The notes beneath the pieces are model-generated. The model saw only the letters and a program-made list of their open reading frames with translations, searched no databases and was not told the origin of the DNA. Positions 27,623-36,682 of a DNA stretch of 64,000 nt are shown piece after piece (positions within the stretch are counted from its first letter, which is position 1; each line of letters opens with the position of its first letter). A program made the position numbers and the translations under genes. The stretch is from a virus. The stretch lies in the IMG/VR virus record IMGVR_UViG_3300017725_001848; one strand, given 5' to 3'.

Positions 27623-27908
27623 GATTCTGAAACTTATTACTGACGATAAAAATATATCCATCAAAACAGTTTTTAAAAATACACAGACCTTAAGATTGAC
27701 AAAAACAGGTTTGAGACTATTAGGAAAGCAATATGATAAATGGACAGTAGACCCGCCAGTTCTTAGTGCAGGTAACTTAATCCAATTATTAAGAAAAATG
27801 AGATATCCTTATTATATAGATAAAAAGAAAATGGTTTTATTCACAGAACAAGATGCATTTCTTGCTAAACTAGCAGGAACCCAAGGTTGGTTAGATGGCA
27901 AAGATTAA
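27603..27908 (+). CDS. Hypothetical protein
   Basis: Intact ORF coupled to its neighbours. Confidence 0.6.
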   Translation: MQKVQIKILKLITDDKNISIKTVFKNTQTLRLTKTGLRLLGKQYDKWTVDPPVLSAGNLIQLLRKMRYPYYIDKKKMVLFTEQDAFLAKLAGTQGWLDGKD

Positions 27909-28101
27909 TAACTTTGATTTACCAGATAAGATAGAAGTCAGATGTACAGACAATGACGAAACTTATCAAGTAGATTACATATCAAACACACAACATTCAA
28001 TTAAAACTGCCTTACACGGAGTCCCTTTAAATTTCGTTCATTTAAAACGTAATCTTTACATAGCCAATTGGCGTGGTAAAGAGTTTGTTATGTCATTATG
28101 A
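27895..28101 (+). CDS. Hypothetical protein
   Basis: Short coupled ORF. Confidence 0.55.
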   Translation: MAKINNFDLPDKIEVRCTDNDETYQVDYISNTQHSIKTALHGVPLNFVHLKRNLYIANWRGKEFVMSL

Positions 28102-28412
28102 TAAAATTAGATTTACACGGATACACAATACACAATGCCTGGAAAGAATTTACCAGACACGTTAATGAGTGTTACTATAATGAAATTAAAGAAACTGAAA
28201 TTATCACAGGACACGGTGCAATAGCAGAAGAAATAATTGCTTGGGTACATTCCAATGTAAACTGTAAAACTATTATCAGAAATCCAAAAAATACAGGAGC
28301 ATTTTTAATTAAAATAAAGAAAAAGAAATTATCTCACAAGGTTACTATAGGTGAAGTAAAAAAACCAACGTTAGATCTTTCTAAACTAATTAAAAAATTT
28401 AACGATCATTAG
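28098..28412 (+). CDS. Stand-alone Smr (small MutS-related) domain protein
   Basis: KLDLHG, IITGHG, NTGAFLI. Confidence 0.8.
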   Translation: MIKLDLHGYTIHNAWKEFTRHVNECYYNEIKETEIITGHGAIAEEIIAWVHSNVNCKTIIRNPKNTGAFLIKIKKKKLSHKVTIGEVKKPTLDLSKLIKKFNDH

Positions 28413-28429
28413 ATAAAGAAAGTAAATTT

Positions 28430-28882
28430 ATGGAATCTGAATTTAGTCAATTTGTAAGACAATTAGAAAAGATAGAAATGGAAACAAAAATTAAAAAGAT
28501 AAAAATAAATCCAAAAGAGAATGCCAAGTGGTGGTATAATTTAAGTCTTGAGGATAAACAAAAAGCATTCTATGCAGTAATAAGCAGAATGCATAAAGCA
28601 GAAATACAAGAAAAAAATAACTATAGAGATTCTCTATATAACGTATTTAAATTTGGTGCAGATATGTACGATGCAGGTATTGAATGTGGATATAGAGAAT
28701 TACAAGAAAAGTTAGAAGAAGATGATACATTAAGTAACTTATCTAATTTACAGATATCTGATGCTAATGGTATCTTTAATGTAGATGTTAACGTTGACCA
28801 GATGGAAATAGAAACAGAAGATAGTCACGGTGGTGGCAAAACCTTAAAAATAAAAGTACTAAATACTGAAGAAGAGGAATAG
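28430..28882 (+). CDS. Hypothetical protein
   Basis: Intact ORF. Confidence 0.65.
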   Translation: MESEFSQFVRQLEKIEMETKIKKIKINPKENAKWWYNLSLEDKQKAFYAVISRMHKAEIQEKNNYRDSLYNVFKFGADMYDAGIECGYRELQEKLEEDDTLSNLSNLQISDANGIFNVDVNVDQMEIETEDSHGGGKTLKIKVLNTEEEE

Positions 28883-28886
28883 TAAA

Positions 28887-29585
28887 ATGCAAGTACGTTT
28901 GGTCAGTTATAGCAAACCAACAGAACATTTTGAGGCTGAAGGGCTAAACAATGCTCAAGACCTCATAGCCTATTGTGCTAAAGTAAGCAATCCTAATGCA
29001 CAAATTAATAAGAAGACTAGCAGTAAATTAATATCATACCTAATTAAACATAAGCACTGGTCACCATTAGAGATGGTTAGTGCTTGTTTAGAAATTGAAA
29101 CAACCAGAGATATAGCTAGACAATTACTAAGGCATCGTAGTTTTAGTTTTCAAGAGTTTAGTCAACGTTATGCTGATGTTAACGAGCAAGGTATGCAGTT
29201 TAAGATTAGAGAAACACGTAAACAAGATCTTACTAATAGACAAAACTCAATTGAAATTGAGAACAACCCAGAATTACAATTAAATGTAAAAGATCAAGAA
29301 CTAATTACTAATTGGCAAAGAAAGCAACACGGAGTAATAAATAATTGTAAGGAAGTATATAATTGGGCTATTGAAAATGGCATTGCTAAAGAACAAGCAA
29401 GAGCAGTACTGCCAGAAGGACTTACGTCAAGTAGACTATATGCAAATGGCACATTAAGAAGTTGGGTTCATTATATAGAATTACGTGGAGCAAATGGCAC
29501 ACAAAAAGAGCATATGGAAATAGCTCGTGCCTGTGCAGACGTTATTGCAGAAATATTTCCATTAATTAGAGAATTAAAAATATGA
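28887..29585 (+). CDS. thyX: Flavin-dependent thymidylate synthase
   Basis: HWSPLE, RQLLRHRSFSFQEFSQRY, AKEQARAVLP, RSWVHYIELR, QKEH. Confidence 0.95.
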   Translation: MQVRLVSYSKPTEHFEAEGLNNAQDLIAYCAKVSNPNAQINKKTSSKLISYLIKHKHWSPLEMVSACLEIETTRDIARQLLRHRSFSFQEFSQRYADVNEQGMQFKIRETRKQDLTNRQNSIEIENNPELQLNVKDQELITNWQRKQHGVINNCKEVYNWAIENGIAKEQARAVLPEGLTSSRLYANGTLRSWVHYIELRGANGTQKEHMEIARACADVIAEIFPLIRELKI

Positions 29586-30334
29586 GAATGAATAAAAAAG
29601 TATTGCAGGATCTAGCAAAATTTATACAAATGAGGTATAATATAGATGTAACAAAGCATAATGAAAAGACTCCAGAGCTTTTTAAAAATTTTATGAGAAT
29701 GCAATACTGGCTAGACGAAATAATACTAGAAAGATATTTTGGTCCTAATGATAATCCGGAAGAAGAAGGAACATATTGGACTCAGCAGTTAAAATGGAAT
29801 ACACGTAGAACAGGACAAAAGCTATTAGAATATATTAATACTATACAAGACCAAAGTCCACAAGTTCCATTAAAGATACTTGATGTAGGATGTGGCGAAA
29901 ACGAATGGAAATCAAAATTAGGTGGAAGGTTATTAGGCATAGACCCTTTCCATCCTAATGCAGATATTAGAATGGGTATAAATGAATTTGCTAGTTTAAA
30001 AGAACATCAAAACAAATACGATATTGTACTAGCACTAGGAAGTATAAATTTTGGAGATCAAGTAGAAATAAGCAAACAGGTCAGTAATGTTGTTAACTTA
30101 ACAAAACCTGGAGGAAAGATATTCTGGAGATGCAATCCTGGTATCACACACGACAACGAACACGCCAAGTGGGTTGATTTCTTTAACTGGTCAGAAGAAT
30201 ACATTATGGATATTTCAGAAAAGGTTAACTGTACAGTTAACGAAATAAGTTGGGACCATGATGAGACTGACGAAGATGTAAGATGGGGGAATCGCTATTA
30301 CAGTGAGTGGACCAAGCAGGCTTTTAAGACATAA
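29582..30334 (+). CDS. Class I SAM-dependent methyltransferase
   Basis: ILDVGCG, LGIDP, YDIVLALGSINF, KPGGKIF. Confidence 0.8.
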   Translation: MRMNKKVLQDLAKFIQMRYNIDVTKHNEKTPELFKNFMRMQYWLDEIILERYFGPNDNPEEEGTYWTQQLKWNTRRTGQKLLEYINTIQDQSPQVPLKILDVGCGENEWKSKLGGRLLGIDPFHPNADIRMGINEFASLKEHQNKYDIVLALGSINFGDQVEISKQVSNVVNLTKPGGKIFWRCNPGITHDNEHAKWVDFFNWSEEYIMDISEKVNCTVNEISWDHDETDEDVRWGNRYYSEWTKQAFKT

Positions 30335-30342
30335 AGTTTTAG

Positions 30343-30349
30343 CTAAATA
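30343..30349 (+). promoter_or_regulatory. Putative late promoter CTAAATA
   Basis: Intergenic, about 28 nt before the HtrA start. Confidence 0.45.
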
Positions 30350-30376
30350 CATATATAGAAAAGGTAATAAAACTTT

Positions 30377-31615
30377 ATGTTGAAGAAACTAGTAAACCAA
30401 GTTCTAGGTAACGTAGCCAGGCTACTTATCGTTGTGTCTATAACAGTTATAGTCACTTCTCACTACCGTCCAATACAAGAAACCATACATAACGGAATAG
30501 GTTACATATACGACCAAAATAAAATAGTTGGTGAAGCATTATATGATGTGAATGGATTTTTATTGAATGGTAAACATTTTGATCTAGAACGCAGTCAAAA
30601 ATTTACAATATATGAAAACTATACTCGTATTGTTATTATTAATATAGTTAACGAAAAAGAACCAGAGAATACTTCATTTAATGGTAGAGGTACAGGATTC
30701 TTTATTAAAGTAACAGACACAGAAGGTTATATCATTACAAACCATCATGTTATATCAAGAGCAATAGAAAACGAAGATATAAAAATAAATGTTTTAACAG
30801 CCGAAGATTATTGGACCTATAATGCAGAAATAGTAGGTTATGATGCAGTATCAGATATTGGCGTTATCAAAATTAATAAACAAGACGATGAACATTGGAA
30901 AACTTTAAAGTTTGCTGATACTGATGATTACAATACTGGTGATCCTGTAGTTATTATAGGACACGGAATGGGTATGCCTTGGACAACAACACAAGGACAT
31001 ATTACACATTCACAACGATATGGTTTAAGACCATATGCATTAATGATTCAAACTGATGCAGTAATTAATCAAGGAAATAGTGGCGGACCTATATTAAATT
31101 TAGAAGGTAATATAGTTGGTGTAGCACAGGCTATATACAGTCCAGGTAGACAAATCCCTGGTTGGGATGGAGTAGGAGTAGCAATATCCGCAGATCAAGC
31201 ATTAAGATCATACGAATATATAATGAGCCCTCATTATAAATCTAAAGGATATGTACCTTATGCAGAGCTTCCTTTTAGTATGGGCACTTTTGAAATACAA
31301 GATGTTAAAGATATACCAAAAGACGAAAGACACATGGCGTACATAAATTATCCTGAAGTAGAAGAAGGTAAAGAAGCACCAAAGAAAACAGTAGGTGAAT
31401 TGGCTGGATTACTACAAGGTGATATTTTGATAGAAATAAATGGTAAAAGAATAGAGAATAGTTTCGGAGTTATGAAACTTACTTTACAAGCATTTCCAGG
31501 TGACGTATGGGATGTAACAGTTAAACGAGGAGAAGAGCTAATTTCACTAAAAATTGCACTAACCGAGTTTGATCACTCAAAAATCGTTAAATCAATCGCA
31601 CAAATAGCACGATAA
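30377..31615 (+). CDS. HtrA/DegP-family serine protease with N-terminal anchor and one PDZ domain
   Basis: GTGF, TNHHV, SDIGV, GNSGGP; PDZ-like AGLLQGDILIEING. Confidence 0.9.
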   Translation: MLKKLVNQVLGNVARLLIVVSITVIVTSHYRPIQETIHNGIGYIYDQNKIVGEALYDVNGFLLNGKHFDLERSQKFTIYENYTRIVIINIVNEKEPENTSFNGRGTGFFIKVTDTEGYIITNHHVISRAIENEDIKINVLTAEDYWTYNAEIVGYDAVSDIGVIKINKQDDEHWKTLKFADTDDYNTGDPVVIIGHGMGMPWTTTQGHITHSQRYGLRPYALMIQTDAVINQGNSGGPILNLEGNIVGVAQAIYSPGRQIPGWDGVGVAISADQALRSYEYIMSPHYKSKGYVPYAELPFSMGTFEIQDVKDIPKDERHMAYINYPEVEEGKEAPKKTVGELAGLLQGDILIEINGKRIENSFGVMKLTLQAFPGDVWDVTVKRGEELISLKIALTEFDHSKIVKSIAQIAR

Positions 31616-31621
31616 TATTCA

Positions 31622-31650
31622 TTGACAAATTAGCCAAGATATCTTATAAT
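31622..31650 (+). promoter_or_regulatory. Perfect sigma70 promoter TTGACA-N17-TATAAT with palindrome AAGATATCTT
   Basis: -35 at 31622-31627, -10 at 31645-31650, palindrome at 31636-31645. Confidence 0.8.
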
Positions 31651-31687
31651 ATACTTATTATTAATGATAATAAACGGAGAAAATATT

Positions 31688-33049
31688 ATGGATCAAATTA
31701 TTAAATGGCACAAGGATCTATCTGAGTCAGTTAGAAAAAAATTAGGTATGTCACATTATGCTATCTATTGGGTATCCTTCTTTAAAGGTATTCTTTTTAT
31801 ACTACTTGTATTAGCACTAGTAGGTTGTAGTACATCAGCTAAAGCAAATGATATAGCTATTCCAAAATATTTCTTTGCAAATGAACTTACAAAAGAAACT
31901 TGTTCACTAGAAGGTGTGCATGGTTATGGAAGTTGGGGCAAAACCCATTGGGAAATGGATCTTGCTATAACACACGTGAGCAAGTCAAAAAATCCTGAAC
32001 TTCAAGGTAATAACTATGATCACCTAATGAAACTTACTGAGTATGATTGGAACAAAGATCATGAACTAAGATCAAATAGTATATATGTTAATCACGAAAA
32101 ACATACTAATAGATTAGCACTATTACACGGAACTATTGTTTATGCAATCGTAAACAACAAAATGGAAGAACATGGTCCAATTATTGCTGAAGTTATGGTA
32201 GCCTGGGCAGAAGCAGGTGTGATGTTAAGTATTTTAACTTCCGAAGAAATTAGAAAATTAAAAGACCAAGGCAAAGTTGATAATCTATGTTATGGAAATG
32301 GTAAAGGTGACGGTAGTAAACCTTGTATTTCTCATAGACCACACGAAGCTCAGATATTTGGAGCCACTTATATGCAACAAGCATATTTAATGAAAGATCA
32401 ATTTACAGAAGAACAATTTAAAATTGTTGATGAGTATATTGAAACCTTATACAAAAAATATGTTAAACCAATGGCTATTAGTTCTTTGAAGTTAAATAAA
32501 CATACCAGAGGTTTTATACAGTTAGCTGATGGAACTATTGGAATACTATCATATTTGGCTTGGAAAGATAAACCAGAACAAGTAGTAAAGTGGATTGAAA
32601 AAGGAATTGCTAAAGCTGATCATGTTTTATACAAAGATGGATATATTCATAACAACAGTTTCAGAGGTGTTAGAGATGTATGGTATCATTCACAAGGTGT
32701 AAACAATTTGCTAGGACTATATGCCATAGCTGAACTATGGGGTTATAAGCAGTTTCCAAAAGATTTAAAGAAAAGAATAGACAAAAGTGTAGATATACTT
32801 AACTTGGGTCTTACAGACGTTAAAACTTACAGAAAACGTAAGGATCCATCAGGAATGAAGAATCATACAAAAGACAAATCTCATTCAGCATACCACGTAC
32901 ACCAAATGGCTATATCACTAGACTGGTTAATTGAGAATTATACAGATAGAGATCATACTATAGTTGCAGATGATGGAATGTGGAAATCTAAAAAATCAGC
33001 TTATTTTGTAGACAGAAACTTTGGATTTGAGCCAAAGTGTATGAATTAA
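31688..33049 (+). CDS. Putative lipoprotein with alginate-lyase-like (alpha/alpha toroid) domain
   Basis: Hydrophobic segment ending in lipobox LVGC; DG...RGVRDVWYH...LYAIAE resembles the RG..L.YH..L..AE motif of alginate lyases. The lyase call is inference. Confidence 0.45.
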   Translation: MDQIIKWHKDLSESVRKKLGMSHYAIYWVSFFKGILFILLVLALVGCSTSAKANDIAIPKYFFANELTKETCSLEGVHGYGSWGKTHWEMDLAITHVSKSKNPELQGNNYDHLMKLTEYDWNKDHELRSNSIYVNHEKHTNRLALLHGTIVYAIVNNKMEEHGPIIAEVMVAWAEAGVMLSILTSEEIRKLKDQGKVDNLCYGNGKGDGSKPCISHRPHEAQIFGATYMQQAYLMKDQFTEEQFKIVDEYIETLYKKYVKPMAISSLKLNKHTRGFIQLADGTIGILSYLAWKDKPEQVVKWIEKGIAKADHVLYKDGYIHNNSFRGVRDVWYHSQGVNNLLGLYAIAELWGYKQFPKDLKKRIDKSVDILNLGLTDVKTYRKRKDPSGMKNHTKDKSHSAYHVHQMAISLDWLIENYTDRDHTIVADDGMWKSKKSAYFVDRNFGFEPKCMN

Positions 33050-33073
33050 TACAAAAATAATTTAAATTAATTT

Positions 33074-33102
33074 AAAAACCCTTGTAATATAAGGGTTTTT
33101 TT
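33074..33102. terminator. Stem-loop, probable (bidirectional) intrinsic terminator
   Basis: AAAAACCCTT (33074-33083) / AAGGGTTTTT (33091-33100), then TT. Confidence 0.65.
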
Positions 33103-33125
33103 ATGATCTTTTTTTGTATAAAAGG

Positions 33126-33154
33126 TTGACAATCAAGACGTCTTACTGTATTAT
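33126..33154 (+). promoter_or_regulatory. sigma70 promoter TTGACA-N17-TATTAT with palindrome AAGACGTCTT
   Basis: -35 at 33126-33131, -10 at 33149-33154, palindrome at 33135-33144. Confidence 0.75.
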
Positions 33155-33187
33155 AATAGTATAGTTAGAAACAAAGGAGAAATATAA

Positions 33188-33361
33188 ATGATTAGAATAA
33201 CACTTTCAATTTTATGTTTAATTTTAGCAGTAGGTTGTATTGACGGTCCAACAGGTTACGAATCAAATAACTGGTTAGGATGTTTTCTTTTTGCAATCAC
33301 TGGAATCGTGCTAGGTATCTGGGCACTTATGACAGATAAAACTTTAACAGAAAATAATTAA
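33188..33361 (+). CDS. Small two-TM protein (not in ORF track)
   Basis: AAGGAG RBS; MIRITLSILCLILAVGCIDGPTGYESNNWLGCFLFAITGIVLGIWALMTDKTLTENN*. Confidence 0.7.
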   Translation: MIRITLSILCLILAVGCIDGPTGYESNNWLGCFLFAITGIVLGIWALMTDKTLTENN

Positions 33362-33369
33362 TTTATAGG

Positions 33370-33398
33370 TTGACAAAATAAGTAAGATATCTTATTAT
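33370..33398 (+). promoter_or_regulatory. sigma70 promoter TTGACA-N17-TATTAT with palindrome TAAGATATCTTA
   Basis: -35 at 33370-33375, -10 at 33393-33398, palindrome at 33383-33394. Confidence 0.75.
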
Positions 33399-33442
33399 AA
33401 TATTATATGCCAAAGAAAGCAAACTTAGAAGAAGGACAAAAA

Positions 33443-34567
33443 ATGCAAACTGCGATATCAGATACAAGAACTGTAAAAATTAGCGAAGCCACTACTTTGA
33501 TTACTAGGGCTTTTAAAAAGAAGAGACCTGTATTTTTATGGGGTCCTCCAGGAATTGGTAAATCAGAATTAATCCAAGGTATTGGTGATTCTGGTGCATT
33601 AGGTAAGACTCACGTTGTTGATATGAGACTTGCTTTATTTGAGCCAACTGACCTTAGAGGTTACCCAGCTCCAGATCTTAAAAATGGTAAAATGGTTTGG
33701 TTACCACCAGCTGATTTACCTTCAGAAGAATTTGCGAAACAGTTTGATACTGTTATCGTTTTCTTAGACGAAATGAACTCTGCCGCTCCTAGTGTACAGG
33801 CCGCAGGTTATCAGTTAATTCTTAATAGACGAATTGGTCAATATGTATTACCAGACAATGTAGTTTTAATTGCCGCTGGTAATAGAGAGACTGACAAAGG
33901 TGTTACTTATAGAATGCCTAAGCCACTTGAGAATAGATTCGTACACTTTGAACTACGTGTTGATTTTACAGATTGGTTAAATTGGGCAGTTCATAATAAT
34001 GTTAACCCAGATGTAGTTGGATACCTTTCATTTGCCAAAGGTGATCTTTATAACTTTGATCCACAATCAAGTTCACGTGGATTTGCTACACCAAGGGCTT
34101 GGACATTTACTTCAGAATTACTAGAAGATGGTGATGAACTTTCTGAAAGTCTACAAACAGATATGGTTGCAGGTTGTGTAGGAGAAGGTGTTGCTGTCAA
34201 GTTTATGGCTCATAGAAAAATTGCAGGTGACCTTCCTGTTCCAGAAGATGTACTAGATGCTAAAGTTAAGAAAGTTGATAATACTGAAGTATCAGCTATG
34301 TATGCTCTTGCTACATCACTATGTTATGAGTTGAGAGATAGTTTTATTGCTGGTGAAAAAGCTGGTGCTAAATCTAAGGAGATGGACAAATACCATAAAA
34401 GGTTCTCAAACTTCATCAGCTTTATGATGGATAACTTTGAAACTGAAATGGTTGTTATGGCTTCTAGGATTGCAATGCAACAGTACAAGCTAGTACCTAA
34501 GCAACAAAAGATAGAGAGGTTTGATGAGTACTTTAACCGATATGGTAGACTCGTACTTGACGCCTAA
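33443..34567 (+). CDS. MoxR-like AAA+ ATPase
   Basis: Walker A GPPGIGKS, Walker B VFLDEMN, AAGNR, PLENRF, TPRAW. Start moved to ATG 33443 (GAAGGA RBS). Confidence 0.9.
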   Translation: MQTAISDTRTVKISEATTLITRAFKKKRPVFLWGPPGIGKSELIQGIGDSGALGKTHVVDMRLALFEPTDLRGYPAPDLKNGKMVWLPPADLPSEEFAKQFDTVIVFLDEMNSAAPSVQAAGYQLILNRRIGQYVLPDNVVLIAAGNRETDKGVTYRMPKPLENRFVHFELRVDFTDWLNWAVHNNVNPDVVGYLSFAKGDLYNFDPQSSSRGFATPRAWTFTSELLEDGDELSESLQTDMVAGCVGEGVAVKFMAHRKIAGDLPVPEDVLDAKVKKVDNTEVSAMYALATSLCYELRDSFIAGEKAGAKSKEMDKYHKRFSNFISFMMDNFETEMVVMASRIAMQQYKLVPKQQKIERFDEYFNRYGRLVLDA

Positions 34568-34862
34568 ATTAAAAGAGGGAGAGACAGTTGATCTCTCCCA
34601 ATTTACCCCAAGACAGAGAACTAACATTAGATTATATGGTTTGGGATTCAAAGATTATACTGCTAGTGATATTAGTAAATACAAGCAAGAGTGGATGAAA
34701 AACTGTGAAATTATTCCATTATACAGTAAAGGACATAAGACTTGGATAACTAAATTTTGTAGAAAACACTTTTATCACCAAGATTTTCATATTGAAATTG
34801 ATAAAGTTTTCTTTAAAAACCAACCAGATGCAATGGTATTTAAATTGTCATATAAAGGTTGA
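34521..34862 (+). CDS. Hypothetical protein with C-terminal FxNxxxAMxFKL motif
   Basis: Intact ORF between the AAA and vWA genes; exact start uncertain. Confidence 0.55.
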   Translation: MMSTLTDMVDSYLTPKLKEGETVDLSQFTPRQRTNIRLYGLGFKDYTASDISKYKQEWMKNCEIIPLYSKGHKTWITKFCRKHFYHQDFHIEIDKVFFKNQPDAMVFKLSYKG

Positions 34863-34887
34863 CATATGTTGGTAAAGATAGTATTAT
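34859..34887 (+). promoter_or_regulatory. sigma70 promoter TTGACA-N17-TATTAT
   Basis: -35 at 34859-34864 overlapping the upstream stop, -10 at 34882-34887; AAGATA half-site in the spacer. Confidence 0.7.
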
Positions 34888-34917
34888 ATAGTTATAAGTT
34901 AGATAAGGGACATAAAG

Positions 34918-36084
34918 ATGAATAAAACTGCTGAAGAAAGAATTACACAATCTAGAGTTAGGTTGCTATTAACTAAACCGTTTTTTGGGCAATTGGCTGT
35001 TAGATTAAAAATTGAAGAAGCTGACTATTTGCCTACTGCGGCAACAGATGGTAGAAAGTTTCTTTTTAATCGTGATTTTGTAAACAGTTTAACAGATCCT
35101 ATGTTAGACTTTTTAGTGGGACATGAAGTATTGCATTGTGTATTTGATCATATGCAGGCAAGAGGAGATCGTGAACCGCAATTATATAATGCGGCCGCTG
35201 ATTATAATATTAATATGACACTAGTTGAACAAAACGTAGGTGAACCAATTACAGAAGATAAACTAGGTGGTGGCAAAATTTGTCTTGATTGGAAATATCA
35301 AGGTTGGAATAGTTTTGAAATTTATGATCATCTTAAAGCAAATAAAAAAGATGCTAAAGGTATGGATGTACACTTAGAAGAAATTAAGCCAGGTGACAAA
35401 GATGGCAAAGGTATAGGTGCTGAATTAAGTGAAGAAGAAAAGAAAGCACTAGCAGACGAAATTAAACAAGCGGCAATCCAAGCGGCACAAAATGCTGGTA
35501 TGGATGTGCCTGAATCCGTTAAGAGAATGATTAATGAATTAATTGCTCCTAAAATGGATTGGAGAGATATTCTTAGAACACAATTAGAAAGTTCTCTTAA
35601 AAACGATTTTACTTTTATGCGTCCAAGTAAAAGGTCAGGAGAAGTTATTTTTCCTGGTATGAATAAGGACGAGCAATTGAATATAGCGATTGCATTAGAT
35701 ACTTCAGGAAGTATAAGTCAAGATATGCTTCGTGACTTCCTATCTGAAGTACAGGGTATTATGGATCAGTATAATAGCTATAAAGTTACTATTATGCAAT
35801 TTGACACTAAGGTTTATGGTGTTGAAGAATTCCATAGTGATGATGGACGAACTATGAACGACTACCAACTTGAAGGTGGTGGTGGAACTGACTTTGATGC
35901 AGTTTATAACTATATGGAATTGAACGACATCAATCCAGATCAGTTAGTCATGTTCACAGACGGATACCCTTGGGAAAGTTGGGGTAACCCAGACTACTGT
36001 GATTCATTATTTGTAATCCATAGTGATAAGCAAAAAAGAATTAAAGCACCATTTGGTGTCACAGTACATTACGAAGCAACATAA
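34918..36084 (+). CDS. Metallopeptidase-like (HExxH) plus vWA domain protein (DUF2201-like), partner of the MoxR ATPase
   Basis: AATDG, HEVLH, AADY; MIDAS LDTSGS, GGGTDF, MFTDG. Confidence 0.88.
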   Translation: MNKTAEERITQSRVRLLLTKPFFGQLAVRLKIEEADYLPTAATDGRKFLFNRDFVNSLTDPMLDFLVGHEVLHCVFDHMQARGDREPQLYNAAADYNINMTLVEQNVGEPITEDKLGGGKICLDWKYQGWNSFEIYDHLKANKKDAKGMDVHLEEIKPGDKDGKGIGAELSEEEKKALADEIKQAAIQAAQNAGMDVPESVKRMINELIAPKMDWRDILRTQLESSLKNDFTFMRPSKRSGEVIFPGMNKDEQLNIAIALDTSGSISQDMLRDFLSEVQGIMDQYNSYKVTIMQFDTKVYGVEEFHSDDGRTMNDYQLEGGGGTDFDAVYNYMELNDINPDQLVMFTDGYPWESWGNPDYCDSLFVIHSDKQKRIKAPFGVTVHYEAT

Positions 36085-36097
36085 AGAAAAGGAAAAT

Positions 36098-36304
36098 ATG
36101 AGTAAAATAGGTAAAGTAAAATGGTTTAATGGAACTAAAGGTTTTGGTTTTATTGCCGTTGACGGCGACGAGAAGGATATCTTTGTACATATTTCAGCAG
36201 TAAAGGATTCAGGAATTGATTCACTTGTAGAAGGTGATACTATTGAATTTGAAGTTGAAGATGGTAACAAAGGACCAGTGGCTGTTCAGTTAAAGAAACA
36301 GTAG
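36098..36304 (+). CDS. cspA: Cold-shock domain protein
   Basis: GKVKWFN, KGFGFI (RNP1), DIFVHISA (RNP2). True start is ATG 36098. Confidence 0.93.
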   Translation: MSKIGKVKWFNGTKGFGFIAVDGDEKDIFVHISAVKDSGIDSLVEGDTIEFEVEDGNKGPVAVQLKKQ

Positions 36305-36316
36305 TACGGTACTAAT

Positions 36317-36646
36317 ATGGGATTAGTTAATAAACAAGCTAAGACTAAAGATAAAATAAGGTTAGTATCAAATGGTAACAGTTTAAGTAATTCTGATATG
36401 GAGTTACTCAAAGGTACTCTATTGCTAGAAAAGATGGTTAGGAATAGAGTAGTAATTGTTACCAACAATGAAGATATATCCTGGAAGTCATTAGTTGATA
36501 ATATTTCTGGGTTGTATCACATTAAACCTTTAGATAAGGTAAAACATATATACCAACTATGGTTTGAGCTACCCAAAGATATTGAACAGTTCAAAAAGAA
36601 CCTTTATGTTAGCAAATTAGCAGATACCGCACACGAGCCGGCATAA
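36317..36646 (+). CDS. Hypothetical protein
   Basis: Intact ORF. Confidence 0.6.
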   Translation: MGLVNKQAKTKDKIRLVSNGNSLSNSDMELLKGTLLLEKMVRNRVVIVTNNEDISWKSLVDNISGLYHIKPLDKVKHIYQLWFELPKDIEQFKKNLYVSKLADTAHEPA

Positions 36647-36682
36647 ATAAACATAGTAGTTAATTAATCAAAGGAGATTAAA

